Assembly (NCBI GenBank): GCA_041648395.1
Contig: JBAZPC010000001.1
Span: 31,173-95,172 of the forward strand
Reading direction: 5' to 3'
Length of the DNA stretch: 64,000 nt
DNA from: Minisyncoccota bacterium
GTDB lineage: Bacteria; Patescibacteriota; Minisyncoccia; UBA9983
Both the position numbers and the translations under genes were made by a program. Each line of letters begins with the position of its first letter. The first letter of the stretch is position 1. Under the pieces are notes generated by a model, which saw only the letters and a list, made by a program, of their open reading frames with translations, did not search any database and was not told the origin of the DNA. This document shows, in pieces, positions 18,495-27,160 of the stretch.

Positions 18495-18916
18495 GAGTCA
18501 TTCTTCTTCACGACGTGCCAAATGTGGGCAAAAAATACGAAGTTAAAAACGTGAGCGACGGGTTTGCGCGAAATTTTCTCTTTGCCAAAAAGCTCGCTGA
18601 AGTTGCCACCACTCAGACAATCCAAAACATTGAAACAAAAAAGAAGCAAGACGAGCAAAAAAAGGAAGTAGATAAAAATATTTTGGGTAAAAATATCGCG
18701 GCGTTGGATGAAGTTAAAATTTCAATAAAGGAGAAGACAAACGAGAAAGGCCACCTTTTCGCGGCTATACACACCAAAGAAATAGCAAAAGCGCTGAAAG
18801 AGCAAAAGCAGATAGAAATCCCCGAAGAAATGATAGGGCTGGAAAAACCGATAAAAGAAAAAGGAGAGTATAAGATAAAAGTAAAAAACAAAGAGTTTAT
18901 TTTGGAAATTTTATGA
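18491..18916 (+). CDS. rplI: 50S ribosomal protein L9
   Basis: MRVILL.DV..VGK, VSDGFARNFL, G.LF.AI. Confidence 0.95.
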   Translation: MRVILLHDVPNVGKKYEVKNVSDGFARNFLFAKKLAEVATTQTIQNIETKKKQDEQKKEVDKNILGKNIAALDEVKISIKEKTNEKGHLFAAIHTKEIAKALKEQKQIEIPEEMIGLEKPIKEKGEYKIKVKNKEFILEIL

Positions 18917-20553
18917 CAAAATATATTTTTGTAGTTGGAGGCGTGATGTCCGGAGTGGGGAAGGGCGTGGCCACTTCTTCTATCGGCCGAATTCTCCAAA
19001 ATTACGGCTACAAGGTCTCCGCCATGAAAATTGACCCGTATATAAACGTGGACGCCGGCACCATGAATCCCGTTGAACACGGGGAAGTGTTTGTGACGGA
19101 AGACGGCTTAGAAAGCGACCAGGACCTCGGCAACTATGAAAGATTTTTAAATGAAGACATGTACCGCGTTAATTACATGACGACGGGAATAATTTACGAA
19201 TCGGTTATCCACAAAGAGCGTAATTTGGAATTCAAAGGAAAGTGCGTGCAGGTCATTCCCCATGTGCCGGAGGAGGTTATACATCGCATTGAAAATTGCG
19301 CAAAAAAAACAAAAGCCGATTTCGTTTTGATAGAAATAGGAGGAACGGCGGGAGAATATGAAAATCTTATTTTTCTTGAAGCGGGCAGAATGATGAAATT
19401 GAAATATCCGGAAAAAGTTCTTTTTGTGATGGTGAGCTATTTGCCGATTCCGGACAAAATAGGGGAGATGAAAACGAAACCGACCCAGCACGCCGTACGC
19501 GCCCTCAATTCCGCCGGCATCCAGCCCAATATAATAATTGCTAGAGCGAGAGTCGCGGTGGACAAGCCAAGAAAAGCGAAGATGGCCGTTTTTTGCAACA
19601 TCAAAGAAGAAGACGTTATTTCCGCGCCGGACATAGAAAGCATTTACGAAGTGCCCGTCAATTTTGAAAAAGACAATCTGGGCGAGAGGATTCTGCAAAA
19701 GTTTGGCCTAAAAGCGAAAATAAATAAAAAAAGAGCGCAAGAATGGGAAGAGATGGTAAAAATAGTGAAGCAGGCAAACAAGGCGTCAAACAAAAAGAAA
19801 ATAAAAATCGCCATGATAGGAAAATATTTCGCCACCGGTGATTTTATTTTGAGCGATTCTTACATTTCCGTCATTGAAGCGATAAAGCACGCGTCTTGGC
19901 CGACGGGGTATAAGGCGGAAATTGACTGGATTGATTCGGAAATTTACGAAAAAAATCAAAAAAAATTGAACGACCTCGCGAAATACGACGGCGTCATAGT
20001 GCCGGGCGGATTCGGCTCCCGCGGCGTGGAAGGAAAAATTAAAGCCATCCAATTTGCGAGAGAAAACGACATTCCATATTTGGGATTATGCTACGGCATG
20101 CAGTTGGCCGTTATTGAAGTGGCGCGACATTTGGCGGGAATGAAAAACGCCAACACGACGGAAATAAATCCAAGCGCGCCGTTTCCAGTCATAGACATCA
20201 GCGAAGACCAGAAAGAAAACGTAAAAAATAACCGGTACGGCGGATCCATGCGGCTCGGCTCTTATCCTTGTGAATTAAAAAAAAATTCCTTAAGCATGAA
20301 GGCGTACAAAGAAAAAACCATTCTGGAAAGGCATAGGCACAGGTATGAATTAAATAACGACTATCGGGACAAATTGGAAAAGGCCGGCTTATTGATGGCG
20401 GGAATAAACAAAGAAAGAAATCTTGTGGAAATTATTGAATATAAAAATCATCCGTTTTTCGTGGGTGTTCAGTTCCATCCGGAATTCAAGTCGCGGCCGC
20501 TTCATCCCCATCCTTTATTCAGAGAATTTATTAAGGCCTGTTTGGCTAGATAA
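18913..20553 (+). CDS. pyrG: CTP synthase
   Basis: KYIFVVGGV.SG.GKG, KIDPYINVDAGTM.P.EHGEVF, KTKPTQ, GLCYGMQ, QFHPEF. Confidence 0.98.
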   Translation: MTKYIFVVGGVMSGVGKGVATSSIGRILQNYGYKVSAMKIDPYINVDAGTMNPVEHGEVFVTEDGLESDQDLGNYERFLNEDMYRVNYMTTGIIYESVIHKERNLEFKGKCVQVIPHVPEEVIHRIENCAKKTKADFVLIEIGGTAGEYENLIFLEAGRMMKLKYPEKVLFVMVSYLPIPDKIGEMKTKPTQHAVRALNSAGIQPNIIIARARVAVDKPRKAKMAVFCNIKEEDVISAPDIESIYEVPVNFEKDNLGERILQKFGLKAKINKKRAQEWEEMVKIVKQANKASNKKKIKIAMIGKYFATGDFILSDSYISVIEAIKHASWPTGYKAEIDWIDSEIYEKNQKKLNDLAKYDGVIVPGGFGSRGVEGKIKAIQFARENDIPYLGLCYGMQLAVIEVARHLAGMKNANTTEINPSAPFPVIDISEDQKENVKNNRYGGSMRLGSYPCELKKNSLSMKAYKEKTILERHRHRYELNNDYRDKLEKAGLLMAGINKERNLVEIIEYKNHPFFVGVQFHPEFKSRPLHPHPLFREFIKACLAR

Positions 20554-20818
20554 TATTAACAACTTTGTATTTTTTAATTTGACCGTCGTATTTAGTTTTT
20601 TTCTGAACCCCATATTTAACCGTGCCTTTCTTGATGGAGTAGAGGGTGTGGTCTTTCCCAATCATGACGCTTTCACCGGCCAATATCCTGGTGCCTCTCT
20701 GGCGCACCAAAACAGAACCGGCTTGCGCTTTCTGCCCGTCGTAAAGTTTGATTCCCAGATATTTAGGATTGGAATCTTTTAAGTTTTTGGCTGTTCCTCC
20801 AGCTTTCCTATGCGCCAT
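20546..20818 (-). CDS. rpmA: 50S ribosomal protein L27
   Basis: MAH.KAGG...N..DS..K.LG.K, VRQRGT, GKDHTL. Confidence 0.97.
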   Translation of the reverse strand: MAHRKAGGTAKNLKDSNPKYLGIKLYDGQKAQAGSVLVRQRGTRILAGESVMIGKDHTLYSIKKGTVKYGVQKKTKYDGQIKKYKVVNII

Positions 20819-20832
20819 AAATCAATGTTTAT

Positions 20833-21192
20833 ATGCTAGCAAAACTAAAAAATTTAATCAAGTTATATGAGAAAGACGTTATTCTTGCCGTTATTATTAT
20901 TTTGGTTGCCCTGATTAGTTTTGGTTTAGGGAGGTTGTCAAAAATAAAAGAGGGGAGAGTGCCGTTAATAATAGAAAATGCGCAAAATGATGCGAGTGCA
21001 CAAACCCCCTCTTTATCAGGTACAACTGCAGAGGGAGCAATTGTGGCTTCAAAAAACGGCACAAAATACCATTATCCGTGGTGTCCCGGCGCCGCGACAA
21101 TAAAAGAAGAGAATAAAATTACTTTTTCCACAATAGAAGAAGCCAGAAAGGCCGGCTATCAACCAGCTTCAAATTGCAAAGGATTAAAATAA
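20833..21192 (+). CDS. Membrane-anchored protein with Ada-type metal-binding domain
   Basis: TM helix followed by ASKNGTKYH.PWC...I...N...F....EA..AGY.P...C. Confidence 0.75.
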   Translation: MLAKLKNLIKLYEKDVILAVIIILVALISFGLGRLSKIKEGRVPLIIENAQNDASAQTPSLSGTTAEGAIVASKNGTKYHYPWCPGAATIKEENKITFSTIEEARKAGYQPASNCKGLK

Positions 21193-21237
21193 AAATGTTA
21201 CCACTCCCAAGCGATCGCTGGTAAACGGTAACATTTT
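21192..21237. repeat. Tripartite palindrome copy 1 (TACC-N8-GCGATCGC-N8-GGTA)
   Basis: aaaatgtTACC actcccaa GCGATCGC tggtaaac GGTAacatttt. Confidence 0.8.
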
Positions 21238-21259
21238 GTTTACAAATTTTATTTACAAG

Positions 21260-21297
21260 TATCACCTATAGGTTGCTATAGCATTAGATAGGGGATA
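21260..21297. repeat. Tripartite palindrome copy 2 (degenerate)
   Basis: tatCACC tataggtt GCTATAGC attagata GGGGata. Its reverse complement resembles the copies at 47702 and 48356. Confidence 0.65.
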
Positions 21298-21362
21298 GTT
21301 GCAAAATTTGGCTTGAAATGCTACTTTAAAAATAGAATTTTGAACCTTGAAGGGAGATAATA

Positions 21363-21584
21363 ATGATTGAACCAAAAAACTTACCTAAATCACCTACGGC
21401 ACACAGATGGCTTGGTTTTGGCGCTTGTGGTTACTTAATGTTGAAATGCCAAACGTGCGGGATTATAGTAAATACAAAAGATGCTCTTGATGGTAAATAT
21501 CCTATCTGCCCCAAACCACATCCTAAGGGTTGTAATCTTTATAAATTTGAATCAGTAATAAAGGGGAGTTTAAATGGTAGTTGA
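21363..21584 (+). CDS. Small hypothetical protein (CxxC, possible zinc ribbon)
   Basis: SD-like AGGGAG; upstream TTGCAA-N17-TACTTT; Cys/His-rich. Confidence 0.55.
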   Translation: MIEPKNLPKSPTAHRWLGFGACGYLMLKCQTCGIIVNTKDALDGKYPICPKPHPKGCNLYKFESVIKGSLNGS

Positions 21585-21601
21585 AACATACTGCCATTTT
21601 T

Positions 21602-22687
21602 TTATTTTTCCAAATCTTCTTGCACTTTCTTGTTTTTTGAAGCCGTGAGAGTGGTGAATTGCTTTTTGGTCATGAAATCGGCTATTTTTTTTCCTAAGGT
21701 TTCTTTTATTTTATCCATATCGTAAGAGGTTCGTTCCTGCGTTTTGCGGGTCAGATAACCTTCGGCGCCGAAAACCCTTTCCACTTTTTGGTTATCCATA
21801 AAGCCGTAAACAACCGCTTTTAATTCATCCAAGCGGTCGTCGTTTTTATCATTTTGCGCTTTCAAGCCAAAATATTCTTTTATAATTTCTTTTATTTCTT
21901 CTTCTGATTTTGAATTTTGCGCTTCGTACTTGCTGGCGTACAAATGTTTCCACATCGGACACATCTGCCGATAGCCGCACCAATCGCACAAAGGCGAGGG
22001 AGTGGGAGGGAAGTCGTTGTTTTTAATTCTCTCCTGAATATCTTTTATTGTTTCAAGCGCGTTATTCTTTGTATTTTCAAGCTGCTCTTTTGTGCGCGAA
22101 GTTGAAATTTTTTCTCCGTGCTTTAAAAAATACAAACTCAATTTTATTTTGGAAACATCCAGCTGCGGCCAGCGCTTCATTAAGCCCATATGATAAATAG
22201 ACATCTGCAAATCATTATCTAAAGTTTCTTGCGCCGGCATTCTTTTTGCCGTCTTGTAGTCAATTATTTCATAGGAGTCGTCATTCTTGTCAACACGGTC
22301 AATGATGCCGGCCAAGACATGCGTTTCTTTTTTTGCAGGATCTTCCAGCTCCGCCTCAAAACGCGATTCCAAATCAACCACATTAAAATTCCAAGGAGGA
22401 TTCTGTTTGTAAAATTTTTCCAGAATGGAAATTCCTTCTTTAAGGTACGCGTCCTTTTCTTCGTCCGAAAAATTTGCCTGACCCCAGACATCGCGGAAAA
22501 AGTCAATAATCTGGTCAAGGGTGGGGTAGAGGGGCGTCCTTTCAAACATAAATTTCAAAGTTGAATGGATTGCCGAACCAAAAACCATCTCCACGCCTTT
22601 CGGGACGCGAATTTTATCTATGTTCTGGAATTTATATTTGAGCGGACACGTTTTAAATGTGTCCAAATTTGAGTAGGAAGTACGCAT
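21602..22687 (-). CDS. PD-(D/E)XK RecB/AddB-like nuclease with a probable Fe-S staple
   Basis: SYS.L..F..CP, G.IDRVD, IIDYKT, Q..IY, CDWC.Y...CP. Confidence 0.85.
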   Translation of the reverse strand: MRTSYSNLDTFKTCPLKYKFQNIDKIRVPKGVEMVFGSAIHSTLKFMFERTPLYPTLDQIIDFFRDVWGQANFSDEEKDAYLKEGISILEKFYKQNPPWNFNVVDLESRFEAELEDPAKKETHVLAGIIDRVDKNDDSYEIIDYKTAKRMPAQETLDNDLQMSIYHMGLMKRWPQLDVSKIKLSLYFLKHGEKISTSRTKEQLENTKNNALETIKDIQERIKNNDFPPTPSPLCDWCGYRQMCPMWKHLYASKYEAQNSKSEEEIKEIIKEYFGLKAQNDKNDDRLDELKAVVYGFMDNQKVERVFGAEGYLTRKTQERTSYDMDKIKETLGKKIADFMTKKQFTTLTASKNKKVQEDLEK

Positions 22688-22728
22688 GGGGGATTAAATA
22701 TACAATGTCGCACAATATACCTTCTCGG

Positions 22729-23043
22729 TCATTGTGATTGTTGCGGTAAGGCAGTTGGCCCGCTTTCAAACATCTTTGGATTTTGACCCGCTTTTATCCT
22801 TTTCATGCTGTCAATGAAAGAATTCCAAAGAAGATTAAGAAAAACATCATTCCATAAATATTTTGCTGGACTGGCAAGGTAAGTTCCCCACATGCTTTTG
22901 CACCAATTCCAAACGTAGCCAACATTTGACTTGGCTGTGTCGTTTTCCACAATAGATCTTATATTTATGCCGAAATAACCCAAAATGACAAGGAGGACGA
23001 CTATTAAAATAATTAATTTTATAAAACCGGCTTGATGCGCCAT
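22729..23043 (-). CDS. Small membrane-anchored hypothetical protein
   Basis: N-terminal hydrophobic helix after AGF. Confidence 0.65.
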   Translation of the reverse strand: MAHQAGFIKLIILIVVLLVILGYFGINIRSIVENDTAKSNVGYVWNWCKSMWGTYLASPAKYLWNDVFLNLLWNSFIDSMKRIKAGQNPKMFESGPTALPQQSQ

Positions 23044-23067
23044 ATTGCTTTAATTATACCTTATCTC

Positions 23068-23558
23068 TTATAAATATGACAATAGATTGTTCGGATGTTC
23101 TATAAGCACCCATTTTCCGTAGGAAACGCCATTACAATTTTTATCCGTATCGCCCACGCCTTTCACCACACCATCCTTCGCCGCCTTGATTGGAGCGCCG
23201 ACGGCAGCTCTGAAATCAATTCCATTGTGCCCTGCTCCATTATAGACCTGAGGGTTGGCGGTGGCAAAAGCCGTGTTGCCAAAATATTGGGTAATGAATA
23301 TTTTTCCGTCCAATGGCCATTTTAAAACTCCAGTTCCAATTTTTCAATATTAAGTTTTTTTGCATTTGCCTCTAAGCGGGTAATTTCGTTTTTTAGGGTT
23401 GTTTTTTCGCCGGAGATTTTATCAACCTGCGCCTGATATTCCGCGATTTCTTTTTCAATCTGCTCCATTTGCGCGCTTTTTTCGTCTATCTGTTTTTGCA
23501 AATCATCCAAGCGAGAAGCGCGAGCATTAGTAACCAGTAACGAGTAATAAAATCGCAA
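23068..23558 (-). pseudogene. Disrupted coiled-coil M23 peptidase (murein hydrolase activator-like)
   Basis: A coiled-coil fragment (23322-23558) is followed in another frame by GTGVLKWPLDG..ITQYFG..HNGIDF..YGKWVLIEH, which stops before the HxH motif. Confidence 0.8.
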
Positions 23559-23577
23559 TTAAAATATTTTTTTATAT

Positions 23578-24888
23578 TTATATTTTTTTGATTGCATTTT
23601 TTAATCTTTTTATAGTTTCTTCTTTGCCTAAAATTTCCGCAACGATAAAAGGGTCTGGTGATTTATCCTCGCCAGTGAGCGCCATGCGAAACGGCCAAAG
23701 CACGTTCCCTCTCCCCTCTTTTTCCGCGTAATCGCGAATCGCTTTCTTGTCCCCTATTAACTCCGCGACTTTCTGAAGATGAATTTTTGTTTTGTTTAAA
23801 TTATCCTCATTTTTCCATAAAAGTTTTTCTTTCTCGTATTCCGGCTGTTCAAAAAAATAATCGATGTCTTCGCTTATGTCAGACAATTTATTCATCCTTT
23901 CCTTTTGTATTCCTATAATTTTTTTTATTTTTTCTTTTTCCAAATATGGCGCGCATAATTCCATCAACTTTTCCGTGTCCATCTTTTTTATATACTGACT
24001 GTTTATCCAGTTAAGTTTTTCAATATTAAAAATTGCGCCTGCTTTTTGTATTTTTTTAATATCAAATTCTTTTATTAATTCCTCCATGGAAAAAATCTCT
24101 TGGTCAGTGCCGGAATTCCAGCCTAAAAGCGCCAAAAAATTTACCATTGCTTCCGGCAAATATCCCAGCTTTTTGTAATAAGAAAGAGAAACATGTTCGC
24201 CATGCTTCCGCTTGGAAAGCTTGGACCTGTCAGGCGCCAAAACCAGCGGTAAATGGGCATAAACAGGCCTAGGAGCGCCGATTGCCTCCTGAATGAGGAT
24301 TTGCCTGGGAGTGTTGGAAATATGGTCTTCTCCGCGGATAATGTGCGTCACGCCCATTTCAAAATCGTCGGCAACCACCGCCAAATGATAAACCGGCTCA
24401 TCAAAACTTTTAGCTATGACAAAATCTTTCAGTTCCGTTGTGTCAAATTCTATCTCTCCACGAATCAAGTCGTTAAATTTTATTTTTTTGTTCGGATTTT
24501 TAAATCTTATTACTTGCCCTGCCTTCGTCCCGAGCTCAGGCCGAGGGGAGCTCCTCAAATGGGCTTCTTCAGCCATATAAGCATTGCCTTCGTTTATCAT
24601 TTTTTGAATATATTTTTTGTAAATTTCCGCGCGCTCCGATTGCCTGACCATGTTTGAAAAATTCAAATCAATACCGAGCCACTTCAAGCCGTTTATAATA
24701 TCGTCTTCGTATTCTTTTTTTGACCTTTCTTTGTCTGTGTCTTCAAGCCGGAATAAAAGTTTTCCGCCGTTTTGTTTCGTAAAGAGATAATTAAAAAGCG
24801 CGGTTCTGGCGTTGCCGACATGGAACGGCCCCGTGGGGCTCGGAGGAAAACGGGTAATTATTTTTTCTTTTGCAACCATACTTAACAT
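23578..24888 (-). CDS. gltX: Glutamate--tRNA ligase
   Basis: RFPPSPTG..HVGN.RTALFN, R.EDTD, RGEDHISNT, KLSKR. Confidence 0.96.
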   Translation of the reverse strand: MLSMVAKEKIITRFPPSPTGPFHVGNARTALFNYLFTKQNGGKLLFRLEDTDKERSKKEYEDDIINGLKWLGIDLNFSNMVRQSERAEIYKKYIQKMINEGNAYMAEEAHLRSSPRPELGTKAGQVIRFKNPNKKIKFNDLIRGEIEFDTTELKDFVIAKSFDEPVYHLAVVADDFEMGVTHIIRGEDHISNTPRQILIQEAIGAPRPVYAHLPLVLAPDRSKLSKRKHGEHVSLSYYKKLGYLPEAMVNFLALLGWNSGTDQEIFSMEELIKEFDIKKIQKAGAIFNIEKLNWINSQYIKKMDTEKLMELCAPYLEKEKIKKIIGIQKERMNKLSDISEDIDYFFEQPEYEKEKLLWKNEDNLNKTKIHLQKVAELIGDKKAIRDYAEKEGRGNVLWPFRMALTGEDKSPDPFIVAEILGKEETIKRLKNAIKKI

Positions 24889-24912
24889 TATTTTATCATA
24901 AAATTACTAAAC

Positions 24913-24937
24913 AAAAAAGGGCGGTTTCCCGCCCTTT
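24913..24937 (-). terminator. Intrinsic terminator
   Basis: AAAGGGCGG-tttc-CCGCCCTTT, with a T run on the minus strand. Confidence 0.75.
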
Positions 24938-24941
24938 GCGA

Positions 24942-25823
24942 TTATTTTGACCTCGCGTTTGACCTTGCGCAGGCCTTCATTTCCCAATCTTTTCTATTCT
25001 GCTCTTTGCTGTATCTTCTCGCCCACAAGGTTGGCAATACTGGGCCCCATGGTCTCTTGGGATGAATCATACTCACCGACCCAAAACTTATCGCTCTTGC
25101 GCCCATTGCTAATGTTTTTCCTATATCTTCATACTCCCAAATACTAGGGGCGATAATAGGAGTGGAAACGGTATCTGCTAGTTCTTTGAGAATCCGCCAA
25201 TTTATTTCCTGTGCTGTTTTACCAGACCTCGCTCCGCCTATTAGTGCAGGAACACTATTGATGCTTATTGCTTGCACTAGTCCTTCTGTTTTCTTTGCTA
25301 TTTTCATATAATGACTGTTCGCGTGTCCAACTTTAACAATAAGTGGAGTATTTACTAAAGATCTTATGGTCTCGCAATTTCTTATCGTTTCTTCCTCGCC
25401 GATTATTATGTCGTTCGGGCAAGATGCATTATATTCAAACGCAAGAATATTCGGTAAACGTGATTCTAACTCTATAAGCATCACCCTTAATTGTTCCTTT
25501 TCTTTGCCTGCTATAGATAAGATAAGATTTTTATCTTTATATATCTTTTTTTGATATTTGCTGATAAATTGCAAAAGACCCGTATTATCCAGCCCAAAAT
25601 TATTCCACCACCCATTTTTGATCGGCCTTATTTTTTTAGGCCCTTTCCGCGGATATCGCGTTATTGTTTTTGTGACTATCGCAAACAAATTGGGGTCATA
25701 CAAATTCAATAATTTTAATAAATCATAAAGAATTCTGTGCGCAATAGTCGCTCCCCTACCATCAAACCCCATCATGCCGGAAGAAAGAAAAAATTGATAA
25801 TTTTTGTCTCCTAATGTTATCAT
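24942..25823 (-). CDS. Dihydroorotate dehydrogenase family 1-like FMN-binding protein
   Basis: SSG..G, TKTIT..PR.G, N..GL.N.G, EYNASCPN, P..VK, INS, GG..SG. Confidence 0.7.
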   Translation of the reverse strand: MITLGDKNYQFFLSSGMMGFDGRGATIAHRILYDLLKLLNLYDPNLFAIVTKTITRYPRKGPKKIRPIKNGWWNNFGLDNTGLLQFISKYQKKIYKDKNLILSIAGKEKEQLRVMLIELESRLPNILAFEYNASCPNDIIIGEEETIRNCETIRSLVNTPLIVKVGHANSHYMKIAKKTEGLVQAISINSVPALIGGARSGKTAQEINWRILKELADTVSTPIIAPSIWEYEDIGKTLAMGARAISFGSVSMIHPKRPWGPVLPTLWARRYSKEQNRKDWEMKACARSNARSK

Positions 25824-25876
25824 GCAGCAATACCTCCCTTTTTTAAATTTTTAAACATCAAAAATCGTCTGATATC

Positions 25877-25905
25877 ATCATATTATAAAAAGACCAAAGA
25901 GTCAA
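25877..25905 (-). promoter_or_regulatory. Sigma70-type promoter
   Basis: TTGACT-N17-TATGAT on the minus strand. Confidence 0.6.
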
Positions 25906-25910
25906 ATTAA

Positions 25911-27146
25911 TTATTTCTCTTTCAATACTTCTTCAAAACGGATATGGGACGGATTTGTGGAAATTTTGCGCCACCAGAACGGTTTGAAAATTATTTCCGC
26001 TTGTTCAATAAGGGGATATTTCGCAAGAATTGACGCGTAATCGCTATTATCGGCAGAAATAAGATTATTCAACAGAGAAGTTTTGTCTATATTCCAGATA
26101 ATATGCGCCGCACCCTTAAGATTAAAAAATATTTTCCCGCTGTCACCAAAGTCGTTAATCAGCTTGAAATCAAGTTTTTCAAGATCCTCCATTCGCGCGT
26201 CGGGATTTTTTTCGCTGCTTAAATATCTTACGGTCACTTCTTTGGACAGATTGTCTTTTTTTATCAAATAACCCGTGGCTGCGCCTTTTTCTTTGAAGAT
26301 GAACTTTTTGTCTTGGGAATCAATTTTATCCCCCGTTTTTGGACCAGCTGGGTCGTCGGCAAAATCTATTTTAATCGCTCCGCCATAAAGAATATAACCC
26401 TCCGGTTTTTGCCTTACAATATTTTCTTTTAGATATTTTTCAATAATCGGTTTTAAATTATTTCTAGCACTATTCAAATCTCCTTCGGAAACCACATTCG
26501 CTTTGCCTAAAAAACCTCCTGTCATTTCCGTCTTTGACCGGCCATAAATTTTTTGGTAACTCGGCGCGCCTTTGAACCCCGGAATCGTAAAATCAACAAG
26601 CTTAATATTGTATTCCGGCCCTTGCTTATCGGCGTAAACCTTTGCTTCAATGGAGCCACTAGCTGGGACGATAATGGCCTCCTGAATTCGGTAAATTTTT
26701 CCATCCGGCGATTCAAAACGCGTTTGAACGATAAGTTTCTGTGATTTTGAAGGATAAGTATTATATATAGCAATTACCCCGCTCGCTTTTTGTCCGCCGT
26801 CCACCGAGCCGGTCGCCGTAACTTCCTGCGACTGCTCGTATTCCATCTGTATCGTCTCAAACGCCAAACCAGTTAAAGTTGCGGCGCTCTTATTTGCCTC
26901 CAAATTAAAATCAATATTTGTGAATCCCTGTTTCGGAGTTATTTTTACGGTGACCGAAGAAAAATACGATGAAAGCCATAAGAATAAAATAAAGAAAGCA
27001 ACAACGCCAATAATCCAATATAAAATTCTAATTCTACCCTTCCTACCCCGAGTGTGATTTTTTGCAGGCGCGGGCACAGGCGCCTTAACTTCCGGCGCTT
27101 TTATTATTTTCTTTTTTATAATGTCAGATAATATATATTTAGCCAC
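25911..27146 (-). CDS. Membrane-anchored conserved hypothetical protein (baseplate-J-like repeats as seen in CPR)
   Basis: Single TM; KASG.I.IYN, TRF...DG..YR, A...G.EYNI...F.IPG, M.GG. Confidence 0.65.
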   Translation of the reverse strand: MAKYILSDIIKKKIIKAPEVKAPVPAPAKNHTRGRKGRIRILYWIIGVVAFFILFLWLSSYFSSVTVKITPKQGFTNIDFNLEANKSAATLTGLAFETIQMEYEQSQEVTATGSVDGGQKASGVIAIYNTYPSKSQKLIVQTRFESPDGKIYRIQEAIIVPASGSIEAKVYADKQGPEYNIKLVDFTIPGFKGAPSYQKIYGRSKTEMTGGFLGKANVVSEGDLNSARNNLKPIIEKYLKENIVRQKPEGYILYGGAIKIDFADDPAGPKTGDKIDSQDKKFIFKEKGAATGYLIKKDNLSKEVTVRYLSSEKNPDARMEDLEKLDFKLINDFGDSGKIFFNLKGAAHIIWNIDKTSLLNNLISADNSDYASILAKYPLIEQAEIIFKPFWWRKISTNPSHIRFEEVLKEK

Positions 27147-27160
27147 AATATTATTATATC

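Noticed and set aside
21211-21218. Cyanobacterial HIP1 (GCGATCGC)
   Set aside because: It was noticed only as the core of the larger tripartite palindrome and is not highly iterated.
21602-22687. Cas4
   Set aside because: It has the same fold and cysteines, but it is longer and has no CRISPR context. A stand-alone RecB-like nuclease fits better.
25911-27146. Prophage, based on the baseplate-J-like and holin-like (59628-59894) genes
   Set aside because: Both are isolated among core genes, with no terminase, capsid, tail or integrase genes.
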